Part shown: positions 47,210-56,903 of the stretch, one piece after another
How the letters are laid out: each line of letters opens with the position of its first letter
How positions within the stretch are numbered: the first letter of the stretch is position 1
Source: Eubacteriales bacterium
Lineage (GTDB): Bacteria; Bacillota; Clostridia; Oscillospirales; CAG-272
Reading direction: 5' to 3'
Assembly (NCBI GenBank): GCA_045658315.1
Contig: JAZOUV010000006.1
Location: forward strand, 27,094-91,093
Length of the DNA stretch: 64,000 bases
Translations under genes and position numbers: made by a program
Notes under the pieces: generated by a model
Database searches by the model: none
What the model was told of the DNA's origin: nothing
Seen by the model: the letters and a program-made list of their open reading frames with translations, nothing else

Positions 47210-50200
47210 ATCTTTTTATTTTTGCCGTTCTCCGCCACAAAAGGAGTACTAAAGCCACGGATATTACAACCGTCAAAATCGGATATAAGTACCGTCTTAT
47301 TTGCATTATAGCCTCATTTCCGTTTGACGGGGGAGCGTTAAATTCCAAAAGCTCTTCATCGCTATACTCTTGCGACAACGCTTCTACAGAAGATATGATT
47401 GCCTGCGGGCTGTCGTAATAGTTCTCGTCGGCATTGAATAAAATCTGCATCGAGTCAACCCTTCCTATGCCCGAAAACGCCGAAAAATCACAGTATATCT
47501 CCGTCCATACCGCTTCCTTGACTCTGCCTGTCAATTCGTAAATATCATTTCCCGATGTCAAAACCACGGTTATTTCTGCATAATTAACATTTGTAGGCAA
47601 AGATGCAATGTTCAATTCAAAATGAAGTATAGGCGATCTTGACATATCATAAGGAGTTGCAAATTTCTTAACCACTCCCCTCGCCTCTCCCTCGGGAATA
47701 TTTCCCAAACTTACCGAAAGAAGATCGCTTTTTCCCGAAAAATTATATCCGGCCGTCAATCGCTCAGTAAAACCGTAACGCTTCCACCCCGCAGCCCCTT
47801 CCGAAAATCTCGAAAACTCTATTTTCCCCTTTACGTCGGGGCGTGTCAGCATAATTTTTCCCGAAGATATGTTTCTTCTTACAATGTTCTTGTTTAAAAA
47901 TCCATCAATAACACTTTCCCATGTCGCAACCCCAAGTATTTCCGAAACAAAACCGCTTGCCGTCATAGACAAATTTGTGTCAACATACTTCATAGCGTCA
48001 TTGTAATTACAGCTTCGGTCGGTAATATATGCAGATACAGCTGTATTCAACGCCCTGTAACAGCTATATATGTAATCAGCCGTTACATTTTCTTCGCTCA
48101 TTGCCGAAAAATTACTCTTTTCAATTATTATATAATCTCTTACGAAATTATTATAACCTAACTCGGCAGTCTTCAAATAGTTTACTACAACTTCAATGTT
48201 CTTAAAACCTGCTCTGTCGGAAAAATACTCGTTCTTAAGCTCTGTGTCCTCATAAGAAAAGTAATCCTGTATATTTATGGGATAAGGATTATGGGCAAGC
48301 CCCCAAGCTATATCACCCATTGATGATATGCAGCTGTTCAACGAATCAAGAAATGCCTTGTTGTCATACCGTGTAAACAAATCAAAAGGCAACCCTCTGT
48401 TCCAGTTATCGTCGATATAAGTATACACCTCAACATAGGGCGAATACGACTTTGCGGCATTATATACCGTACGCAAGCCGTTTGCATACGAAGAAACAAA
48501 CTCAGCCAAAGTCTTACTGCCCATATTGTAATTCTTTTTTGAATTGCCCACACTGTCACCGAAAACAAAGCGTGTTATATCGTTTTTAACACAGTATTTA
48601 GATGCAAAAAACTCGGTTATTGCACGTAAATACATAAGTCCCTGTCGGTCAGAGGTATTGTATGCACAGTAGTCCGAATCAAGCTCGGCATCCTTGTGTA
48701 TCAACACTCGGTTCAAAGCCTCATTGCCTGTATCCGATACAACAAAAATAACAGTAACGTCTATATCCTTTTCGGCATAATTCTCTATCATTGTATTCAG
48801 TGTATTAACATATTTCGTATTATAATAGAATAAATTGCCTCCACATTCAAATTTTCCGCCTCCGCTTGATTCGGATTCAAAAAACTTGCCTATATCTACC
48901 CACACAGCCGTATCCGATGCCCCAACCTCTTGCATAAAAGATATGCTCGTTCCACTGACACCCTTACCGCTTCGCTTTGCAGGAACAGATATTTCCTCCT
49001 TCACAAAGCTTTCGGGATTCGTTACACATTTAGAATCAGATATCGCCGCATATTCACCGTCTACCCTTAGTGCGACACTGTATTTTTTGTGCAGAAACGC
49101 TCTCGCATCGCTTTTTTCGCCGTAATCTATGCGAAATATGAAATCATCTGACGTTACATTTGCTTTCGCAATAGGTTCTGCTGACAATAACGTCTCACGT
49201 GTTATACTGTCGCAAAACTCGTTTGCAAACAAGTACAGCTCTCCGCCTTCTCCCGTAAGATTATCTCTGTCAACACTCCCTCTGATTATTATTTCTTCCG
49301 TTCCTGCGTTCAACACACAAGTATCAATACCAACACCGTCATGCTCTCCCTCTATATACGCAGAATAAGGAGAAATCCCGTATAACTGTACGGTTTCCAG
49401 TTTTACACCCTCAAATATCAGGCTTATTTCTTGTATATTATCTCCTCCAAGCGACAAATACACCGTACCAAAGCTTTTGCTGATATTTACAGCCTTAAAA
49501 CTCTCCTCTCTGTACTCGTTTTCGCCCCTCTTTACCAAAAGTCTGACGTTTTGACACAACCCTTCCGTGTAAAAATCAACTCTCAGGCTGTTTGCATCAC
49601 CCATATTTTTATAAGCAAAATTTTTTGAATCAAGCCTAAGCTCATCACCAACACCGTTTACTGTATTAATTCCTCCGGAATAACTGCTCTTCCCTCCGGT
49701 AATATCATAATACTGAGCACCCAAAGAGGCAAAAAAATATGCATCTGCATTGTCTGACAAGGTTATACTGTCTATATAATACTCAAAATCCGACGACGGC
49801 ACACTCGGGCTTTCATAACTGACCGAAATTCTGATTTTATTTATTCTTTGCCTGTCTTCCCATTCGGACACATCAATAAATACACCATTCCAGCCACTAC
49901 TCTTAATCTCGTCAGAAAAAACAAGTATATCCGCATCGGAATACAGCTCTGCTCTTATCCGATACTTGCTGTTCTCAACCCTCGTACAATTTACCGAGAG
50001 CATTATAACATCATACGATAACAGATCCAGAGGCTCAGAATAAGTCTTTTCAATATAAATTCTTTCACCGCTTAACGCATTATTCGCCCTGACTATGAGA
50101 CAACCGCCTCCGGTTAAAGGTTCATAAGGAAACGTCGGTATCTTTTCCGACAGAGTAACATTTACCCCGTCCATATCGGAATCCCAGCCCTCATTTGTCT

Positions 50201-50354
50201 CCGAAAATACGTTCAGCATTCCGCTTTCCGCAGTCTTCAATGCGAAAGGACTTATATCATGTATAACTCGGGAATAATCTTCTTCGCCGTTTACCGTAAA
50301 ACACAGCACGAAAAAAATAATCACCGTTGTTATTACAGCCAATATTTTCTTCAC
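47208..50354 (-). CDS. large secreted, C-terminally membrane-anchored protein (~1048 aa); possible glycoside-hydrolase-like TIM-barrel core flanked by beta-sandwich modules
   Basis: N-terminal signal/TM (ILAVITTVIIFFVLCFTVNG) and a C-terminal TM plus basic stop-transfer (ILTVVISVALVLLLWRRTAKIKR). GTG 50354 follows AAGGGGG. Domain guesses are from composition only. Confidence 0.7.
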   Translation of the reverse strand: MKKILAVITTVIIFFVLCFTVNGEEDYSRVIHDISPFALKTAESGMLNVFSETNEGWDSDMDGVNVTLSEKIPTFPYEPLTGGGCLIVRANNALSGERIYIEKTYSEPLDLLSYDVIMLSVNCTRVENSKYRIRAELYSDADILVFSDEIKSSGWNGVFIDVSEWEDRQRINKIRISVSYESPSVPSSDFEYYIDSITLSDNADAYFFASLGAQYYDITGGKSSYSGGINTVNGVGDELRLDSKNFAYKNMGDANSLRVDFYTEGLCQNVRLLVKRGENEYREESFKAVNISKSFGTVYLSLGGDNIQEISLIFEGVKLETVQLYGISPYSAYIEGEHDGVGIDTCVLNAGTEEIIIRGSVDRDNLTGEGGELYLFANEFCDSITRETLLSAEPIAKANVTSDDFIFRIDYGEKSDARAFLHKKYSVALRVDGEYAAISDSKCVTNPESFVKEEISVPAKRSGKGVSGTSISFMQEVGASDTAVWVDIGKFFESESSGGGKFECGGNLFYYNTKYVNTLNTMIENYAEKDIDVTVIFVVSDTGNEALNRVLIHKDAELDSDYCAYNTSDRQGLMYLRAITEFFASKYCVKNDITRFVFGDSVGNSKKNYNMGSKTLAEFVSSYANGLRTVYNAAKSYSPYVEVYTYIDDNWNRGLPFDLFTRYDNKAFLDSLNSCISSMGDIAWGLAHNPYPINIQDYFSYEDTELKNEYFSDRAGFKNIEVVVNYLKTAELGYNNFVRDYIIIEKSNFSAMSEENVTADYIYSCYRALNTAVSAYITDRSCNYNDAMKYVDTNLSMTASGFVSEILGVATWESVIDGFLNKNIVRRNISSGKIMLTRPDVKGKIEFSRFSEGAAGWKRYGFTERLTAGYNFSGKSDLLSVSLGNIPEGEARGVVKKFATPYDMSRSPILHFELNIASLPTNVNYAEITVVLTSGNDIYELTGRVKEAVWTEIYCDFSAFSGIGRVDSMQILFNADENYYDSPQAIISSVEALSQEYSDEELLEFNAPPSNGNEAIMQIRRYLYPILTVVISVALVLLLWRRTAKIKR

Positions 50355-50474
50355 GAAAAAGCCCCCTTTTTGCAAGCAATTCTTTCGTTAAATAAATGAT
50401 ATCACAAAATTACGCATAAATCAATACGGGACTATTATCGAAAAAAAGATTTTTTGCAAATTGTGTACATATTA

Positions 50475-50503
50475 TTGACAGTATTTTACAAAAGTAGTAT
50501 AAT
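50475..50503 (+). promoter_or_regulatory. consensus sigmaA-type promoter
   Basis: TTGACA, 17-nt spacer, TATAAT (50498-50503). Confidence 0.7.
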
Positions 50504-50543
50504 AATTAGTGTTTTATTTTTGATTGTATAGGAGTTGAAACGT

Positions 50544-52031
50544 GTGAATCGAATCGGTTTTGATAACGATGAATACATAAGAAAGCAGTCCGAGCAAATT
50601 GCAAGAAGAATCTCGGAATTCGGCGGCAAGCTCTACCTCGAATTTGGCGGTAAGCTTTTTGATGACTATCACGCTGCCCGTGTTCTTCCCGGCTTTAAGC
50701 CCGACAGTAAGCTTCAGACACTCAAAAATATTGCAAAAGATGTCGAAATAGTTATCGTCATCAGCTCCTGCGATATCGAAAACTCAAAAATCAGACGTGA
50801 CATCGGTATTTCCTATGACAATGACGTTTTAAGACTTATTGATGCTTTCAGAGAATTCGGACTCTTTGTCGGAAGTGTTGTAATTTCAAAATACGATAAT
50901 CAGCCCTCGGCAAAAAAATTCAGAGAAAGACTTGAAGCTCTCGGAGTTAAAACCTATGTACATTACCCCATTGTCGGCTATCCCTATGACGTAAATCATA
51001 TCGTAAGCCCTGACGGCTTCGGCAAAAATGAATATATTGAAACAGACAGACCCCTTGTTGTTGTAACAGCACCCGGTCCCGGAAGCGGTAAAATGGCTAC
51101 CTGCCTTTCTCAGCTCTATCATGAAAACGAAAGAGGCATTAAAGCGGGTTACGCAAAATTCGAAACCTTCCCAATATGGAATATTCCGCTTAAACACCCG
51201 GTCAACCTTGCATACGAAGCGGCTACCGCCGACCTTGACGATATAAATATGATAGACCCCTATCACCTTGATGCCTACGGACAAACGGCCGTAAACTATA
51301 ACAGAGATGTTGAAGTTTTCCCCGTCCTCAATGCTATCTTTGAGCACATCAAGGGTGAAAGTCCCTACAAATCCCCCACCGATATGGGTGTAAATATGGC
51401 AGGCTGCTGCATCGTTGACGACGAGGTTGTTAAACAAGCCTCGAATCAGGAAATCATTCGCCGTTACTTTGCCGCACTTTGCGACCAGAGATACGGCAAG
51501 GTCAAGGCTTCGGTTGTTGAAAAAATTGAAGTCCTTATGAATCAGGCAAAAATTTCGACAGACGATAGAAGAACCGTAAAAACCGCAATTAACCGTTCAA
51601 TCGAAACCAACAACCAGCCAGCTGTTGCAATCGAACTTAACGACGGTAGAATCGTTACAGGAAAGACGTCAAAGCTTCTCGGTGCGGCAGCGGCAGCCCT
51701 GCTTAATGCAGTAAAAGCTCTTGCCGATCTGCCAAAGGAAACTATGATGATCGCCCCCGAAACAATTGAGCCTATTCAAAAACTCAAAGTAAATACCTTG
51801 GGTAATCATAACCCCAGACTTCATACAGACGAAGCGTTAATTGCCCTTGCAATTTCCGCATCAACAGATGATGTTGCAAAATTAGCTATGGAACAGCTTG
51901 AAAAATTACGCGGATGTCAGGCACATTCAACGGTTATTCTTTCGCCAATCGACAACGACGTCTACAGAAAGCTCGGCATTGACCTCACCTGCGAGCCTCA
52001 GCACAATACCAAAAAACTCTACCATAAGTAA
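50544..52031 (+). CDS. DUF1846 / UPF0371 family protein
   Basis: GFDNDEYIRKQSEQI start, LEFGGKLFDDYHAARVLPG, and a ~495-aa size match UPF0371 as I remember it. GTG 50544 is better spaced from AGGAG than TTG 50535. Confidence 0.8.
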   Translation: MNRIGFDNDEYIRKQSEQIARRISEFGGKLYLEFGGKLFDDYHAARVLPGFKPDSKLQTLKNIAKDVEIVIVISSCDIENSKIRRDIGISYDNDVLRLIDAFREFGLFVGSVVISKYDNQPSAKKFRERLEALGVKTYVHYPIVGYPYDVNHIVSPDGFGKNEYIETDRPLVVVTAPGPGSGKMATCLSQLYHENERGIKAGYAKFETFPIWNIPLKHPVNLAYEAATADLDDINMIDPYHLDAYGQTAVNYNRDVEVFPVLNAIFEHIKGESPYKSPTDMGVNMAGCCIVDDEVVKQASNQEIIRRYFAALCDQRYGKVKASVVEKIEVLMNQAKISTDDRRTVKTAINRSIETNNQPAVAIELNDGRIVTGKTSKLLGAAAAALLNAVKALADLPKETMMIAPETIEPIQKLKVNTLGNHNPRLHTDEALIALAISASTDDVAKLAMEQLEKLRGCQAHSTVILSPIDNDVYRKLGIDLTCEPQHNTKKLYHK

Positions 52032-52036
52032 TACTA

Positions 52037-52078
52037 AACGGAGACACCTTCCAAAAAAGTTGTCTCCGTTGTTTTTTT
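52037..52078 (+). terminator. rho-independent terminator
   Basis: AACGGAGACA/TGTCTCCGTT stem followed by T7. Confidence 0.85.
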
Positions 52079-52266
52079 ATTGCATTTTTCTATTTTAATA
52101 TAAATCTATCGTTATCAGCATGTAAAAACAGCTATGAACGCTCAATTCAAAAATCAAAACAATACTTCTGATGCCCTATTTATGTACCCCGCCTCTGCAA
52201 CCTCTACTGCATATTTCATATGGAGTATATTCATAGAACCACGTCCCCTTTGACAGCTATATATCG

Positions 52267-52809
52267 TTAAAGCACAAAACTGTTATATTCATTTCCGTCA
52301 AGGTCTTTCCAAAACAACTTGTTACCTTCAAGTATCATATATGAGTGTTCCGAATTTTCCTTTGGAATAGAAACCGAGCCGGGATTTAAAATTGTTATGC
52401 CGTTTTCCTCGTAGCATTTCGGCACGTGTATATGCCCAAACAAAAGAACATCGCCTTTTTGTAAAGGCGGAAGCTTGTCGGGTCCGTACTTATGACCGTG
52501 AGTTGCATAAATCATTCTGTCACCCACAGTTATAATTCCGTAGTCCGCAAGAACGGGGAACTCGAGCACCATCTGGTCAACCTCGGTATCACAGTTGCCC
52601 CTGACACACATTATTTTATCCTTAATATTATTTAAAAGCTCAATAACCCTTTTGGGTGCGTATTCCTTCGGCAAGTCATTTCTCGGTCCGTGATACAAAA
52701 CATCGCCGAGAATCAAAAGCATGTCCGCCTTTTCTCTTTCAAATGCGGCAAGCAGTTTTTCGCAATAGTAAGCCGAACCGTGTATATCAGATGCTATAAG
52801 CCATTTCAT
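52267..52809 (-). CDS. YfcE-type phosphodiesterase (metallophosphoesterase)
   Basis: SDIHGS, GDVLYHGPRN, GNCD, HGH and GHIH motifs. Confidence 0.85.
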   Translation of the reverse strand: MKWLIASDIHGSAYYCEKLLAAFEREKADMLLILGDVLYHGPRNDLPKEYAPKRVIELLNNIKDKIMCVRGNCDTEVDQMVLEFPVLADYGIITVGDRMIYATHGHKYGPDKLPPLQKGDVLLFGHIHVPKCYEENGITILNPGSVSIPKENSEHSYMILEGNKLFWKDLDGNEYNSFVL

Positions 52810-53060
52810 ATTTAACCCTCTTGTTACTTTTTTTAGATTATTACTTACCTAAGTATAGCAAAAATCTCTGCTAAAGTCAATAAAACCGCAAAAACAGCTC
52901 GTTTTCGCAACAAGATTATCGCAGCAGGGGTCTTTGCTCCTTTTCACAAAATAAAACGGCCTTTCAAAATAAAAATCCGCCGTTTTTTACTTCTTCACCA
53001 TTCACATTTACTTACTACTTTAAAGAATCCCGAATGCTGTCGCGTTCGGGATTCTTTTGT

Positions 53061-53783
53061 TTATCTTCTGTCTGTCATTATAAGCGATTCGGAGTTGACT
53101 TTTCCGTCATCTCTTACCGTTCTGAAATAATAACCGTCTTCATCTTCTCCTCGGTATATCTTTACGGTAGCACCAATAGGTGCTTCCGACTGATAGTTTA
53201 TCACCGCTGTAATTACTCGGTTATTCTTAGTGTCGGGCAAATAGTCGCAATATACATCAAGATAATTAGTATTATTCATGTGCATATTAACGTCGGTATC
53301 GCTGTAGTTTACGGTATATTCGCCGATAAGCCCAAGATCAACTCCCTCGGGAATTCTGAACCTTGCAGGAATATCAAGCTCGAGCATATTTGGCTCTGCA
53401 TCAAATCCGAATTCTATATCACTGACCTTGCAAAGCTTCTTGCTCTCTATGTCAACCAAAGCAAAAACAGCAACCATTTCAGCAACCAAATCTTCGTTTC
53501 TGAATACCCTCGAACAACGGTAGAAGCTTACGCCTTTGCTCTCAACTGCCCATGTCTCAACACGTATTTCCTCAAAAGCGTGAAGCTCTCTGTAAAAGCT
53601 GAGGTTTATTTTACTAAGAATAAATGCCTTGTTGTCAGCTCGGAGTTCGTCGTTGGTGGGTCCGTATTTCTTCATCTGAAGATTGGCTGTCTCGTGCATA
53701 TAACGAAGTATTTCCGACGGTCTTACAACTCCGTTAAAATCACAGTTATGACTGTTGATCCTATATTCTTCCGTGTAGATCAT
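53061..53783 (-). CDS. acyl-ACP thioesterase
   Basis: Double hot-dog pattern (YRINSHNCDFNGVVRPSEILRYMHE ... DTDVNMHMNNTNYL). The 272-aa + strand ORF opposite is a shadow. Confidence 0.85.
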   Translation of the reverse strand: MIYTEEYRINSHNCDFNGVVRPSEILRYMHETANLQMKKYGPTNDELRADNKAFILSKINLSFYRELHAFEEIRVETWAVESKGVSFYRCSRVFRNEDLVAEMVAVFALVDIESKKLCKVSDIEFGFDAEPNMLELDIPARFRIPEGVDLGLIGEYTVNYSDTDVNMHMNNTNYLDVYCDYLPDTKNNRVITAVINYQSEAPIGATVKIYRGEDEDGYYFRTVRDDGKVNSESLIMTDRR

Positions 53784-53809
53784 AAACCAAAATCCGCACC
53801 CGCGTATAA

Positions 53810-54775
53810 TTACATCTTGCCGTTTGAGCCGAGAACGTTAACAATCTTGTGAGCAACCATCTTGCGAACCTCTTCTCTGCCTACCTTGAGATATTCTCTG
53901 GGGTCAAATGCGGAGGGATTCTCTGCAAATACTCTGCGGATACCTGCTGTCATCGCAAGTCTGATATCAGAGTCGATGTTGATCTTACATACCGCCATGC
54001 CTGCGGCCTTTCTGAGCTGCTCTTCGGGAATACCGATAGCATCGGGCATCTTTCCGCCCTTCTCATTAATCTCCTTAACAGCTTCCTGAGATACGGAAGA
54101 CGCACCGTGAAGAACGATCGGGAATCCGGGAAGTCTCTGCTCAACTTTTTCGAGAATATCAAAACGAAGCGGAGGGGGAACGAGGACACCGTTTTCGTTT
54201 CTTGTGCACTGTGCGGGTGTGAACTTATATGCACCGTGGCTTGTGCCGATTGCAATTGCAAGTGAGTCAACACCTGTACGGCTTACAAATTCTTCAACCT
54301 CTTCGGGACGTGTGTAAGAAGAATCCTCTGCAGATACATTAACCTCATCTTCAACGCCCGCAAGTCTGCCAAGCTCACCCTCAACAACACAACCGTGTGC
54401 GTGAGCATATTCAACAACCTTCTTTGTAACTGCAATATTGTCCTCAAATGAGTGGTGTGATCCGTCAATCATAACAGATGTAAAGCCGCCGTCAATACAT
54501 GCCTTACAAATTTCAAAGTCAGCACCGTGGTCAAGATGGAGAGCAACGTCAACTCCTGTTTCTTTAATTGCTGCTTGAGCCAATGCCATAAGATATTCGT
54601 GCTTTGCATATTTTCTTGCACCTGCAGATACCTGAAGTACTACGGGAGAGTTAAGCTCCTGTGCTGCTTCTGTAATAGCCTGAACAATTTCCATATTGTT
54701 GATGTTAAATGCACCAATAGCGTAACCGCCTTCGTATGCCTTTTTAAACATCTCTTTTGTTGTAACTAATGCCAT
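53810..54775 (-). CDS. fba: class II fructose-1,6-bisphosphate aldolase
   Basis: GYAIGAFNINN, LHLDHG and GTSHGAYKF motifs. ATG 54775 follows AAGGAGTG. Confidence 0.93.
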   Translation of the reverse strand: MALVTTKEMFKKAYEGGYAIGAFNINNMEIVQAITEAAQELNSPVVLQVSAGARKYAKHEYLMALAQAAIKETGVDVALHLDHGADFEICKACIDGGFTSVMIDGSHHSFEDNIAVTKKVVEYAHAHGCVVEGELGRLAGVEDEVNVSAEDSSYTRPEEVEEFVSRTGVDSLAIAIGTSHGAYKFTPAQCTRNENGVLVPPPLRFDILEKVEQRLPGFPIVLHGASSVSQEAVKEINEKGGKMPDAIGIPEEQLRKAAGMAVCKINIDSDIRLAMTAGIRRVFAENPSAFDPREYLKVGREEVRKMVAHKIVNVLGSNGKM

Positions 54776-54930
54776 GATGTACACTCCTTATATTCATAAA
54801 TATATTATTTATTTCCTATCTAATACATTTTAGCCTAAAACCGTCTCTAAATCAAGTACTTTACAAAGATTTACATAAAAATTTGTTAATTATTTACATA
54901 GAAAAAGTAAATACTCCTACCGTTCCGATA

Positions 54931-54963
54931 AACAAAATCCCACGCACTTTTTCATACGTGGGA
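54931..54963 (-). terminator. rho-independent terminator
   Basis: TCCCACG/CGTGGGA stem followed by a U-run on the minus strand. Starts 7 nt after the stop at 54970. Confidence 0.65.
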
Positions 54964-54969
54964 CTTTTA

Positions 54970-55290
54970 TTACTTTTCCTCTTTATTTAAGCGGTCGAGC
55001 CAGATGAGACCAATATCCATCGCATCAAAGAGACCGTTTCTGTCAAACTGCTTTACAACTCTTTCGTGCGGCGGCTTTGAAGTATCTGTGCTGAGTACCT
55101 GCAAAATAATCTTGTCGGGTACTTCAATGTCATTTCCTTTTTCATCTTTTACGGTCTTGTTGCTCAAAACCATCATAAACAATACGTATTTATCGGACAT
55201 ACTTCCGTAACAAAAGGTATTACCCTCTCTCAAAAGAGGTTTTCCTCTGAACACCAAATTCTGTCCTTCAACAATCTTAGCTTCTGCCAT
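54970..55290 (-). CDS. hypothetical protein (106 aa)
   Basis: Clean ORF with an AAGGAGG RBS and its own terminator. No family recognised. Confidence 0.55.
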   Translation of the reverse strand: MAEAKIVEGQNLVFRGKPLLREGNTFCYGSMSDKYVLFMMVLSNKTVKDEKGNDIEVPDKIILQVLSTDTSKPPHERVVKQFDRNGLFDAMDIGLIWLDRLNKEEK

Positions 55291-55501
55291 ATATTTTCGC
55301 CTCCTTGGATATTTACATATTTATTAATACATATATAATACTACAAATTTACCGTCATGTCAAGAATACGGCAAAATCAACTAAACGTCTTTTTTCATCA
55401 CTTTCTAAATTTCGTCTTCGCCAAGAGCAGTTTTACCATATCAATGAGGTGTGACCTAATCTTTTATTTCTGTAATCATAATATTTCTTGCCTTTGGCTT
55501 T

Positions 55502-56644
55502 CTATTCCGCTATATACGGTGTCTTTTTTAAAAATTCGTCTGCCTTTTGGGGCTTTTCGCACATAAGAGTCAACAAATTTTCAGACAACAAATTAAATTC
55601 TGCCTGCCTTTTTGCTTCCTCTTCGAGCTTTTTGTAATGTGCGGGCTTGGTCAGCAATACAATATCGCCCTGCCTTTGAATCTTTCTCACAAGCTTTCTG
55701 CCCTCGGCATTACACGCCAAAATCTGTGTATATTTCGGCACGCTTTTCAACATCTCCGCAGTCACGCCCGTCATTCCGTGCAGTATACACCTTCTTATTT
55801 TTGCATTAGTATATGATTTCCCCGATAATTTTCCGATAAGCTCCGTCAAATTCACACTTTCTTTAGCCGCCTTGACGAGCCTATCAGCAATACCGTTTGT
55901 CATTCCCTCGTATTTTCCCAAATCTGCAACACGGGCTGTTCTGTAATATGCAAGTACAGCTTTCTCTGCATATTCCATGCCGTATCTTTCGGAATCTTCA
56001 AAAAGAGAAACAACACCCTCGGGAATCATACCGTAATTATTCTCTTCCTTTAGCTGCCGCCTCGACTCGGTTGCCGAAAAACCTTCCCGTCGTCTGTATG
56101 TTACGGGCACAATCTTGCTGTTCAATTTTTTCAGAGCACTTATATACTCTACACCCAATATATCGTTAGGTCTGACAGCTATACTTTCCCCGTAAAGTTT
56201 CCCGTACATTTCTTCTCTCAAACATGCATAAGACTTATCCTTGTTCGCCTTATCTTCCCTTGCACTTTTCATTACAAGCTCAAACTCATCGGACATCAGC
56301 CTATCGCTTATTTGCTTTAATTCATCTATATTTCCGCATTCGCTTCCAAAGCACAGCTCGTCAACAACGTTAAGCGAATTTGCAATGCTGACTCCGCCGT
56401 ATGCAAAAAACTCCGCCGCCGAACATGAATAAGGATATGGCAGTTCGAGCACCAAGTCAGCCCCCGATTTGACCGCCGCCTCAGCACGGATATATTTATC
56501 GAACATTGCGGGAATTCCCCGCTGAACAAAACCGCCACTCATAATACACACAAGAACATTTCCCTCTTGTTTAATGGCGTCTATCTGCATCTTGTGTCCT
56601 TTGTGAAAAGGATTATATTCGCAAATTACGGCTGTTACTTTCAT
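55502..56644 (-). CDS. tmcAL: tRNA(Met) cytidine acetate ligase TmcAL (YlbM/UPF0348 nucleotidyltransferase)
   Basis: The N-terminal EYNPFHKGH (HxGH-type) motif and ~380-aa size match YlbM. Confidence 0.8.
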   Translation of the reverse strand: MKVTAVICEYNPFHKGHKMQIDAIKQEGNVLVCIMSGGFVQRGIPAMFDKYIRAEAAVKSGADLVLELPYPYSCSAAEFFAYGGVSIANSLNVVDELCFGSECGNIDELKQISDRLMSDEFELVMKSAREDKANKDKSYACLREEMYGKLYGESIAVRPNDILGVEYISALKKLNSKIVPVTYRRREGFSATESRRQLKEENNYGMIPEGVVSLFEDSERYGMEYAEKAVLAYYRTARVADLGKYEGMTNGIADRLVKAAKESVNLTELIGKLSGKSYTNAKIRRCILHGMTGVTAEMLKSVPKYTQILACNAEGRKLVRKIQRQGDIVLLTKPAHYKKLEEEAKRQAEFNLLSENLLTLMCEKPQKADEFLKKTPYIAE

Positions 56645-56786
56645 ATTATTGAATGTTTTTTCCTTATATTTTCTTTTTTTAATTAAATTTGTCTCTAATA
56701 TCTTGCATTTTCTGTAAATATACTGTAAAATAAATTGATTGTAGTTTATTATAATGGTTATGGTTAGACAAAACTTTGGTTTGGCA

Positions 56787-56809
56787 TCGAATTTTCTTAG
56801 AAAATTCGA
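56787..56809. promoter_or_regulatory. perfect 10+10 palindrome with CodY-like half-sites upstream of ackA
   Basis: TCGAATTTTC-TTA-GAAAATTCGA. The half-sites AATTTTC/GAAAATT equal those of the CodY box AATTTTCWGAAAATT, but the central spacer is 3 nt rather than 1 nt. Confidence 0.3.
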
Positions 56810-56903
56810 CTATACACATTGCAATAATTACAGTACGATCATTATAACATACTTTTGAAAAAATAAAAATACTTTTTCATAAATTTTTTGGAGGTTTTAC
56901 AAA

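Noticed and set aside
53034-53852. 272-aa + strand ORF
   Set aside because: It lies exactly antisense to the well-supported acyl-ACP thioesterase gene. It has an odd composition and no RBS, so it is a shadow ORF.
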